Part shown: in pieces, positions 1 through 9,400 of the stretch
Layout of the letters: each line of letters starts with the position of its first letter
Position numbering within the stretch: the first letter of the stretch is position 1
The notes under the pieces: generated by a model
Told to the model about the DNA's origin: nothing
Seen by the model: only the letters and a program-made list of their open reading frames with translations
Database searches by the model: none
Virus record (IMG/VR): IMGVR_UViG_3300029448_000049
Coordinates: 1 to 55,772 of that record
Strand: one strand, 5' to 3'
DNA length: 55,772 bases
From: a virus
Taxonomy: Duplodnaviria > Caudoviricetes
Made by a program: the position numbers and the translations under genes

Positions 1-189
1 TACTGATATTGCTATAACTAATAATGGTGCTTTGGCTAATGCTCCTACAGCAACAGTTGCTACAACTGTAACTATTACAGATAATGAAAGTACAGACGAA
101 AACAATGCTATTATATTTGCAGCAGGTGCAGATACAGATGGTGGTAATTTAGGTTTAGAATCAGATGGTAACTTTACTTACAATCCTTC
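1..189 (+). repeat. Direct repeat copy 1 (1-87 identical to 55162-55248, diverged to ~189)
   Basis: Direct comparison: TDIAITNNGALANAPTATVATTVTITDNE is identical, then STDENNAIIFAAGADTDGGNLGLESDGNFTYNPS versus NTNEENAVIFTAGGDVDGGNVGLESDGDLTYNPS. Confidence 0.95.
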
Positions 190-2440
190 AGATGCAACTA
201 TAAATGCAGGTAAATTAAATCTATCAGGTAGTGGTGTTAATATTACAAATGATAGTGCTACAGAACTTAATTTTAATGGGACAAATAATACAAACATTAC
301 AACTGCAGGTAATATGTATATTAAAGCAGGTTCATCAAAGAAAATGTATCTTGGTGCTAATGCTACTGATAGTTTAGTTACGTTAGATACAAATGGATTT
401 GTAGGTATAGGCAATACAGGTCCTAACCATTTATTACACGTTGGAGATGATGTTACTGCATCTTTTGGAACAACTCCTGATAAAGCAATACAATTATCAA
501 GTTCTACAAATGACCACGAAATTGCCTATATATTGTATGCAGGAGAAGGCACTAATAACATTAGAAGTAAATACTATGTAGATGATGCTACTAAGTATGT
601 AGGTTGGGATTCTACTCATAGTACAGGGTGGCTTGGTTATGAATGGAAGATTGCAGGTAGCCAAAGTATGAAACTTGACACTTCAGGTAATTTAACTTTA
701 AGTGGTGCAATAACTTCAGATGGTGATGTATTTATCCCATCAGGTAATGCTCTACAATTAGCAGATGCAAGTGACCATACAAAAATAGAAAGAAGTACAG
801 GTTTACAATTTTATACAAATAGTGCAGCAAGACTTAATATATTAGATTCAGGTAATGTTGGTATTGGTACTACAAGTCCTTCAACAGAATTAGAAGTCGA
901 TGGTACAATAACTGCTACAGGATTTGTAGCAGGAACAGGTGGACTTACAATTAATGAGCCAAATCCATTAATAGTAATGAAAGATACAACAGATGATGAC
1001 GACCATCAAATACAATTTCAAGATAATAGTGGTAATGTAGACTATAAAATAACTACTGCAGGTGACATATTTAATATTCACGCTGTTTCTAATGTTCCAG
1101 TAGCATTTCATACTAATAATACTGAAAGATTAAGAATATTAGGTGATGGTAAAGTAGGCATAGGTACTGATAGTCCTGATAGTACATTGCACGTCAAAGG
1201 AGCAGGTTCTGATAATAGTACAACATCATTTGAAGTAGATGATAGCACAGGACAAAATTTATTTTATGTTAGAGATGATGGGGTAGTTAGTATAACTCAC
1301 GGATATTTATTTGCACAACATTCTAATGGTATTTATTCAACAGGTTCTATAAAAGCAAGAGGTGGAGTTACAGATGATGGTGGCCCTTTAGGATTAGGGA
1401 GTGATGGTAATGTAGACCATTTAGTTATTACAAGTGGTAATATAACTACAGGTGTATGGAATGGTACTGCTATAACTCACGACTATATAGGTGCAGATGC
1501 AATAGATGGAACTAATATAGGTGATGATGTTATTAATAGTGAGCATTATGTAGATGGTAGTATAGATACTGCACACATAGCAGATGATCAAGTAACTTAT
1601 GCTAAAATACAAAATGTAAGTGCAACAGATAGAATATTAGGTAGAGATTCGGCAGGAGCAGGTGTAATAGAAGAAATAACCCCTGCTAATTTAAGGACCA
1701 TGTTAAATGTAGCAGATGGTGCTACTGCTAATGCAGGAGATATTACAAGAGTAAAATTAATTGGAGATTCAGGAGATTATACTATAAATAGTGGTAATGC
1801 AGATATAAGATTTCAAGGAGCAGCCTCTTATATACAAACTGAAGTAGATGATACTACTGTTATATTTGATTTAGCAAGCTCATCTTCAAGTGCTAAAGGT
1901 ATAGTAGAATTAGCAACAACAGCAGAAACTACCACAGGTACTGATGCAACAAGAGCAGTAACACCTGATGGATTAAAAGATTCAGGTTATATGGGTTTTG
2001 AGTTTAGAAAAATAATAAATGCAGGTTTTAATTATAGTTATACAGCAGGAACAAAAGTTTATATACCACTTGTAGGATATATATTAGAAAGAAATTCTCA
2101 GTTTAGTGCAAATGAATATTTAGCATTTGTTGCACCTTATGATGGGTATTTAAATCAAGTTATATTTAGAAGTGAAGAAGCATGTGGTTCTACTGTTGTA
2201 GGTTTACATATATCATCTACAAATACAGAAGTTCCAAATACTACAGCAAGTGATACAGTAACAGTAGATATGGCTGCTGATGATACTCCATATAAATTTG
2301 CATTTACTGGAGGGGCTAGTGGTACTGATCATCAATTTAGTGCAGGACAAATATTAGCAATATCATTTGACCCTACTAACGATGCAAATGATACAGTATT
2401 TACAGTAGAATTTATTTTTAATAGTAGTTCAGGATTATAG
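2..2440 (+). CDS. Tail fibre protein, C-terminal part (5'-truncated; frame is open from position 2)
   Basis: Repeated G(N/K/F)VGIG(T/N)xxP motifs, a KGIVELATTAETTTGTDATRAVTP fibre repeat, and G/T/D/S-rich composition. The first 87 nt are identical to 55162-55248, inside the tail fibre ORF at the other end of the window. Confidence 0.85.
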   Translation, partial: TDIAITNNGALANAPTATVATTVTITDNESTDENNAIIFAAGADTDGGNLGLESDGNFTYNPSDATINAGKLNLSGSGVNITNDSATELNFNGTNNTNITTAGNMYIKAGSSKKMYLGANATDSLVTLDTNGFVGIGNTGPNHLLHVGDDVTASFGTTPDKAIQLSSSTNDHEIAYILYAGEGTNNIRSKYYVDDATKYVGWDSTHSTGWLGYEWKIAGSQSMKLDTSGNLTLSGAITSDGDVFIPSGNALQLADASDHTKIERSTGLQFYTNSAARLNILDSGNVGIGTTSPSTELEVDGTITATGFVAGTGGLTINEPNPLIVMKDTTDDDDHQIQFQDNSGNVDYKITTAGDIFNIHAVSNVPVAFHTNNTERLRILGDGKVGIGTDSPDSTLHVKGAGSDNSTTSFEVDDSTGQNLFYVRDDGVVSITHGYLFAQHSNGIYSTGSIKARGGVTDDGGPLGLGSDGNVDHLVITSGNITTGVWNGTAITHDYIGADAIDGTNIGDDVINSEHYVDGSIDTAHIADDQVTYAKIQNVSATDRILGRDSAGAGVIEEITPANLRTMLNVADGATANAGDITRVKLIGDSGDYTINSGNADIRFQGAASYIQTEVDDTTVIFDLASSSSSAKGIVELATTAETTTGTDATRAVTPDGLKDSGYMGFEFRKIINAGFNYSYTAGTKVYIPLVGYILERNSQFSANEYLAFVAPYDGYLNQVIFRSEEACGSTVVGLHISSTNTEVPNTTASDTVTVDMAADDTPYKFAFTGGASGTDHQFSAGQILAISFDPTNDANDTVFTVEFIFNSSSGL

Positions 2441-2476
2441 AAGAATGCATGGAACTTAAAGAAAAAAAAATAACTA

Positions 2477-2505
2477 TTGTTTTTTTAAAAACCGTTTAAT
2501 AAATT
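2477..2505 (+). promoter_or_regulatory. Putative promoter TTGTTT-N17-TAAATT
   Basis: Intergenic, upstream of the ejection-protein/RNAP block; closely similar copy with the same spacing at 31497-31525. Confidence 0.55.
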
Positions 2506-2531
2506 AAGTTGATATAAAGGGATTAATTATT

Positions 2532-3356
2532 ATGAATATCGGAAGACTAAACTTAATGAAAGATCGAATCGTAGAAAACTACGATGAACTTCAAGAGTGG
2601 GAAGCTTACAACAAAAGAGTTGCTAAAGATGCTGGAAATAAAAGTTTATGGGGTACAATTACAGGTATAGTTTCTGCAGCGACTACATTTATTGCTACAG
2701 GTAATCCTAGTTATGCTAAAGCTGCTTACCATGCTGGAAATAGATTTGGAAGAGAAGTTACAGAATATACAGGATACGAACCTGGGTATGATGCTCCTGA
2801 CATAAAAGGTGGTAAATTCGATGTTGCTGCAAATGAATCTGCAATTGATGCAGAACAAAACAGATTAGATCTTGAAGAAACTACTGAAATTATTGGGTTA
2901 GGTTCAGACTTATTTTCTGTTGCAACTAGTTACTATGGAGGAAAAGAATTTAGTGTACAACAAGAATTAAATGATTTAGAAGAAGCAGGTAATACTTTTG
3001 CATCTATTTCTGGTACAGAAGGTTGGGAAGTAAATCCTATAGTAGCTGGCGATGAAATAATAGACTATCAAGTTTTAGATGAAGCAGGTTTTGAAGTTAC
3101 TTCTCAAGAATTAGCTGGTATGGGATTAGATATTTCTAGCACAGGAGATTTAGTAGGGCAACAAGGTATGTGGGACTCAATACAATTAAGTAGCGGAAGA
3201 TTCTTTGATCCTGCTGCTCAAGAAGTTATAACTCCAGGTATTTTTACTTCTGAAGGACAAATGTATAGAAGGGCTTTATTACAAGAATTAATGCCAGAAA
3301 ACGAAAAAAATAATAAAATGTTGTATGAACTTATCAATCAAAGGATGGGAAATTAA
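2532..3356 (+). CDS. Putative internal virion / DNA-ejection protein
   Basis: 274 aa with a Gly/Ala-rich amphipathic segment (LWGTITGIVSAATTFIATG); lies between the tail fibre and the giant virion proteins. Confidence 0.5.
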   Translation: MNIGRLNLMKDRIVENYDELQEWEAYNKRVAKDAGNKSLWGTITGIVSAATTFIATGNPSYAKAAYHAGNRFGREVTEYTGYEPGYDAPDIKGGKFDVAANESAIDAEQNRLDLEETTEIIGLGSDLFSVATSYYGGKEFSVQQELNDLEEAGNTFASISGTEGWEVNPIVAGDEIIDYQVLDEAGFEVTSQELAGMGLDISSTGDLVGQQGMWDSIQLSSGRFFDPAAQEVITPGIFTSEGQMYRRALLQELMPENEKNNKMLYELINQRMGN

Positions 3357-3860
3357 ATGGATGATGAATTTGATTTAGGTGAATTTGGTCAAGACGTTTA
3401 TTCTTATCAACAAGGTGGTGGTGATTTATCACAGTTTTTTGGTGATTTTTTTATTGAACAAAGCTATCTTAATGATGACAGTTGGACTGATGATATAGAT
3501 ACTTGGTGGAATGAATATGGTAGTTATATAGAAAATATATCAAATACTTGGGACCAAGAATCTTTTAATTTAATTTCAGATATTAGAGACTCAGAAACAG
3601 AAGGCTTTAGAAATAATTTTTCTTATAGTAATAATGATTTAGGTTCTACAGGATTTGCATCTGCATCTAATATAGGAGTTCAAAGTGATTTAGGTGGAAA
3701 CCTTTCTTTTCTTGATGCTTACGAATCTGGTATAGACCCTATTAATAAAAAATTTAATAGAAGTACAGATGCAGCATTTGAAGATTATGGACAAAGTTTC
3801 TTTGATATGATGCAAGATTTAATGATGACTGGAGCTTTTGATAAAGGCCCTGACAATTAA
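3357..3860 (+). CDS. Highly acidic hypothetical virion protein
   Basis: 167 aa, D/E/F/W-rich, abutting the previous stop codon. Confidence 0.6.
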   Translation: MDDEFDLGEFGQDVYSYQQGGGDLSQFFGDFFIEQSYLNDDSWTDDIDTWWNEYGSYIENISNTWDQESFNLISDIRDSETEGFRNNFSYSNNDLGSTGFASASNIGVQSDLGGNLSFLDAYESGIDPINKKFNRSTDAAFEDYGQSFFDMMQDLMMTGAFDKGPDN

Positions 3861-3874
3861 AGTAAGGAGTTAAT

Positions 3875-4588
3875 ATGCCAGATGATTTTATGGAAGATTT
3901 GTGGGCAAGTGTTTTTGAAAGTTCTGACTATGAAGGAAGTTCTCAATATGCAGACCAAGCTGAATATGATGCAGCTATGGGTGGTTTTACTGCTTGGCAA
4001 AATGATGAAACTATACTAGATTATTGGGGAGGATTGCAAGATATTGTATCAGATTTTGGTGGTGAATTAGGAAATATAGAAGATTATGATTTTCAAGATT
4101 CAGATTCTTTTATTGATTGGTTAGATGATTTTGGTTACGATTTTGATGCACAATATTTTACAGATGAAATGGTAAATTTGACTAGAGATTGGGAAGAAAG
4201 TTACTTAGAAGGTATGGATCAATCTCAAAAATATTTTGACTGGAAAGATGACTATACTAAATATGTTACTCCTTATAGCGATAAAAAAGAAGGTTATGTA
4301 TCTGAAGATACTAAAAATAAAATAGATTTATATGCAAAAGAATATGGAGTTACAAAACAAAATGTTGCTGTACAAGAAGGACGTTCAGGTATAAGCTCAG
4401 GTAAAATTAATGAGCTAAACAAAACAATTCAAGATAGTTTAGGTTCTAAAACTGACTCTGCTAAATTAGAAGAAAGATTAGATATACTAAATATGAGAAG
4501 TAATTACAAAAAGCAATTTTATGGAAACATAATGGATATTGCTCAATTTACTCCAGGGATTCTTGACCCTGATCAAGTTGACGAATAA
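3875..4588 (+). CDS. Highly acidic hypothetical virion protein
   Basis: 237 aa, AAGGAG RBS, D/E-rich N-terminal half. Confidence 0.6.
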   Translation: MPDDFMEDLWASVFESSDYEGSSQYADQAEYDAAMGGFTAWQNDETILDYWGGLQDIVSDFGGELGNIEDYDFQDSDSFIDWLDDFGYDFDAQYFTDEMVNLTRDWEESYLEGMDQSQKYFDWKDDYTKYVTPYSDKKEGYVSEDTKNKIDLYAKEYGVTKQNVAVQEGRSGISSGKINELNKTIQDSLGSKTDSAKLEERLDILNMRSNYKKQFYGNIMDIAQFTPGILDPDQVDE

Positions 4589-4601
4589 TAAAGGAATTTA
4601 A

Positions 4602-6437
4602 ATGAGTGAAGCTACAAGAGCAATTGGGGAAGCTTTAGATAGTCTTACTAACAAAATATTTGATGAATACTTTGCTAGAAAAGATAATGATTTAATGCAA
4701 AAACAGCAGTTGACTGCTAGCTTATTTCAAAATCAAATGAACCTTGAAAATGAATATAGAACAGAACTAATTAATGCAGGAGTTAGTTTACCTGATGAAT
4801 TTAAAAGTTCTAATTATATAGATATAGTTAATCAAGCGGGCAATCAACCTTTATTAAATACATTAAATAAATTGTATGAACAGTCTACAATAAATTTAGA
4901 TAATTTAACTAATGTAAAGAGTTCTTTTTCAGCAGGGCAAAAAATAGCTCAAGACTATTCATCAGGAATGGATATAGATGGTGATGGTACAATTGACATA
5001 GGTTCTTTTACTGCAGGAGAAACAGGTATTGCTCCTTACATGTATAGTCCTGATGAACAAAAAGCTTTATTTGAAAGTTTTGATCAAATAGGTTTAGACC
5101 CTAATTTACCCAATACTCCAGGATTTGCAGAAGGTTTTCAATCTATAAATACACAACAGTTAGCTTTAGAAAGAGCTTCTGCAGCTGCTAGTTTAAAACA
5201 AAGTAATTTACATATAGCTAATGCTAATTTAGATTTAGCCTCTAAAGAATTAAGTGTTGCAACGATGGAGTTAGGGCCAGGTATAGTTTCTCAATTATCA
5301 GGAAGTTCTCCTATTTTTTCAAAATTAGCTGTAATTAAAAGAGGTTTAATGGGAGATAAAGATCAAGTTGATGTTGCAATGGAAGAGTGGAATACTATGA
5401 TGCAAGATATACAAACTAACTTCCCTGCTATAGCTACTTCTTTAAGTTCAGGTGTTGCAAATTATGTTGAAAGAGATCAAACAGATGGAATATCAGGACC
5501 TTATGATGGCTTTATAACTGTAATGTCAAATGCTTACAATGATTTAGAGCAATATTTAAGTATTATGGACCCTAGTATGATTGATGAAAATGGTAATTGG
5601 ATTGGAGATACATCTTATACAGCTTTACATGACAGAGTTACTCAATATCAAATGTCAGGTATTTTAGCTAGAGATATGGGTGGTAGTTTTGATTTAAATT
5701 TATTAGAACTTTCTGTTGGAGTTGATATGGCTAAAGATAATATAATGTCTTCTTTTAGTACTCTAAATGAAAATAATGCTCAAGATTTATTAGCTCAAGG
5801 ATTTGGTTATAATGCTATTAATGATAGTTTAGAATTTATAGATAAAAGTTCTGAACAGTTTATGGATTTTAATAACGAAAATAATCCTGCTTATGAAGCT
5901 TGGTTAGATTCTCAATTAGAAGATCCTATTAACCCTACTATTGATGATTCTAATAAAATAGACTTATCAAATATTGCTGGACTTCCTCAAAATATAATAG
6001 AACTTTCACAAGAAGTTGAGGCAAATCAAATTAATATAGATAAAGCTCGTGACTTAACAAAGAATGTTGCTAGAAAAACAGTTAAATTTGGAGGAGCTGG
6101 CATGGAATGGGCTGATAATCCTAATCAAGGTAAAGATTTATCTGTTTATGTTCCTACAAATACAGAAATTGAAAGAATAAAAGAAAAATTTGTAAAAAGA
6201 CAAGTTCGAAGATTAGATCCTGAAGTTCCAAATACTCTTTTAGAAAACGTTCCACTTGTTGGTCTTCTTACACAGTTTTTTCCTCAAGGTCCTGAAGGTG
6301 TAGTATCTGAATATCCTGAAGTTGTAAAACAATTTGAAGAATTTAATGCTTGGATTGATGAAATTAATGAGATGAGAAGTCTTCGTGGAGAAATTGCAGC
6401 TACCAAAATTGATATTCAAAATTTAATGAACAATTAA
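4602..6437 (+). CDS. Putative internal virion / ejection protein
   Basis: 611 aa, helical and acidic; AAGGA RBS; directly upstream of the giant virion protein. Confidence 0.5.
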   Translation: MSEATRAIGEALDSLTNKIFDEYFARKDNDLMQKQQLTASLFQNQMNLENEYRTELINAGVSLPDEFKSSNYIDIVNQAGNQPLLNTLNKLYEQSTINLDNLTNVKSSFSAGQKIAQDYSSGMDIDGDGTIDIGSFTAGETGIAPYMYSPDEQKALFESFDQIGLDPNLPNTPGFAEGFQSINTQQLALERASAAASLKQSNLHIANANLDLASKELSVATMELGPGIVSQLSGSSPIFSKLAVIKRGLMGDKDQVDVAMEEWNTMMQDIQTNFPAIATSLSSGVANYVERDQTDGISGPYDGFITVMSNAYNDLEQYLSIMDPSMIDENGNWIGDTSYTALHDRVTQYQMSGILARDMGGSFDLNLLELSVGVDMAKDNIMSSFSTLNENNAQDLLAQGFGYNAINDSLEFIDKSSEQFMDFNNENNPAYEAWLDSQLEDPINPTIDDSNKIDLSNIAGLPQNIIELSQEVEANQINIDKARDLTKNVARKTVKFGGAGMEWADNPNQGKDLSVYVPTNTEIERIKEKFVKRQVRRLDPEVPNTLLENVPLVGLLTQFFPQGPEGVVSEYPEVVKQFEEFNAWIDEINEMRSLRGEIAATKIDIQNLMNN

Positions 6438-6449
6438 TAAAGAGGTTCT

Positions 6450-9400
6450 ATGTCAGTAGATTTCCAATTATTTAAAGAAAACTTAAATAAAAGAGGCCTT
6501 AATTGGTCTGACCAAAAAATACTAGATTATATTTCAGTTCAAGAAGACAAAAAAATTACTCAACCTATTATGCAAAGTGATTTAGGTGGAGAAATATTTA
6601 ATATTGTTAAAAAGTTTGAATATAATGATAGTGCTCGTTCACAAAGACATAACAACCCAGGTGGCCATACTTGGAATTTAGAAAGAGAAGCTAAATATGG
6701 CGCTAAGAAGGGTGAGTCATTCCAAAGTCAAGATGAGTACGGTAACAAAATGACTTTGTATACTGCTAAATACGATACTTATGAGCAAGGTGAAAAAGCC
6801 TCAATTGCTGTTACTAATAATATTATTAATAATACAATTAAAAGATATGATTTAAAACCTAATGACCCAGGCTTTGGCGAAGCTTTTGCTAAAGAATACA
6901 CTAGAAATTCAGATCCTAAAGTTATTAGAAATTATGGTGGTGATATTCAAAATGCTATAAGTAATTACACAAATAACATGCCACAAACTGCTCCTCAAAG
7001 GTCTGTACAATCTACAAATATGCAAGACAAACTTTCTGCTATGTCACAAGCTTCTAGTGTGTATAAACCATTAGGTTATGAAGAACCAAAAGGTGCTGCT
7101 GCTGACTTTATAGGAAACTTTCTTTGGAATGCTGCTGACTTAAGTACTTTTGGTTTATTAGATTATTTAGACGTAGATGAATTTGTATTTGGTAAAGAGT
7201 ATGGAGAAGAACCAGGGCAAGCAGCTCCATCTACATTTGCAGGCAGAGTAGGTGCTGGTCTTGGTGGTTTTGCTGGATTTTTAACACCATTTGGCCTTAC
7301 TAAAGGTGCTGTAGGTGCAGGGATTAAAGGTTTAAGTAAATATGGTACTAGTGCAGCAGCTAAAAATATAGCTAAAGAAGGTGCAGAGTTTCTAGGTAAG
7401 AAAGCTGGCGTATCAAAACAAGGTTATAAAAAGTTTCAAAATTTACCTATAAAAGAACAAAACAAATTTATGGACTTTTTGTATGGTGAAGGGATGACAG
7501 CTTCTGCAGGTATGACTTCAATTGCTAGTAGTATTGCCAGTAAAAAAGGTAAAGATTTATTTGTTAAAAGCTGGAATGAGGGAAGCAATAGAATTATAAG
7601 AGAACAGTTTAAAAAATATGGCATAAGAGCTACAGATTCTAATGTTAGTCAAATTAAAAATATAGTAGATAAAACATTAGGTTTAAGTAACAAATCTGTT
7701 CAGCCTATTACAAACTTACAGCAAAGAATAGCAATAGCGTTAGGTGGAACTCCTGGAGCAGGAAAATTAGCGACAATAGCTTCTCATACAATTGAAGAGG
7801 GTTTGCTATTTGCTATGGTTGAAACTCCAATGGAATTTTTTCAAGCATTAGACCAAGAAAGAGAGTTTGATTTTACAGGTAGATGGAAACATGCTTTCTT
7901 ATTAGGTAATGCTTTAGGTGCTGCTAAAATGATACCTGGTGGATTAAAAATGCCAGATGGTCAAGACTTTAAAATAGGTAGAAATGTTCTTAAAAGATGG
8001 CAATTAGCAGGTAAAAATAAAAAACCATACTCTACTTATTTAACTGATACTCAAAAACAAAGAGATCATTTAGTAGTTATGGCTAGGTCATTATTTAAAA
8101 AAGTTAAAAATAAAAGTGAATTTAGTGACGATGTTATTACTACTTTAGATGATATTAAAGTTTTAGGTCAAACAAAAGCTGGTGGAGATAAATTAAAGAA
8201 AGTTTTATCAAACTTAGAAAAGAATTGGACAGCAAGGTGGAATAAGGATTTTATTAAAGAAGTTTCTAGTGACTTAATAGGGTCAACACCAAGAATGCTA
8301 GCAGGATCTATGGTTTTTAACTATGAAGTAGTATTTGCTGAAGAAGTTCCATTAGAAGATAAAGTATTTAATTTCTTATTAGGTGCATTTATGACTAAGC
8401 AAGGTAAAAGAGTTGACTATGTTTCTCAAACTGGTAAAACAAAAACATTCTTTGCTGAAAGACATAAAGATGTAGGTAAAGATTTTATTGATGCAAATAC
8501 TTATCTAGATTTACTAGGTATTAATCCTAAAGTATACAATGCTCAAGCTCTTTATAATGCTTCTTTAATTGAAAGAAAACATTTAAGAAATCTTGAAATG
8601 AATGAAGACGTTCAAGGGTTAATTAAAATATTAAATTCTGAAAACCTTGTTATTAAAGATGATGGAACACCTATAAAAATAGATAAAAATGCAGCTGCAG
8701 AAGGAGAGTTTCCTATATACGAAGCTATGCAAAATATATTTGACGGCTATTTATCTGGTTCTGGTGAAAGAATGAAAGGTCCTACTGAAATATCTAAAGA
8801 TGCTGTTAGAAAGTTAGAGAAAAAATTAGCTGAAACAAACTTTAAGGCTGCAGAAAGAGGTATAAGAGATGTAAATCATATAGATGATATAATTTATGAT
8901 GCGGCAGACACGGCTATGAAAGATGTTATTAATACTCATTTATTAGCAGCTAATGAAATTTATAATCACTTAGGTGGTAGACAAAATAGAGTTATACAAG
9001 AGCCTGGCGAAACAGCTTCAGGGAAAAAAATTCTTCCAGATTATTTACCTATTAGTATAGAGGCGGGAGAAACTTTAACTGCAGAAAATAGAATTGTACT
9101 TGATAAGTATAACAGAATAGTTAAAACTCTTAATGGAAGACAGTTGCAGTTTAATGAAAAACATCCTAAACCTTTAAAAGTTAAAAATGAAGATTTTCAA
9201 GGATTAAAAGAAAAAATTGAGTCTTATGATATGAAAGTGGATGAATTAGTTAATGGTACTAGACAAGGGCCTGAAGTTGGTAGAGCTTATGGATTGATGG
9301 AAGAAGGCTACTTAATGGACTTAATTATGCATCAAAACTTTTATCGAGGAGTAAGACAAATCCATAACAAAATGACTGATTTTGACAGTGTTTTATGGGG

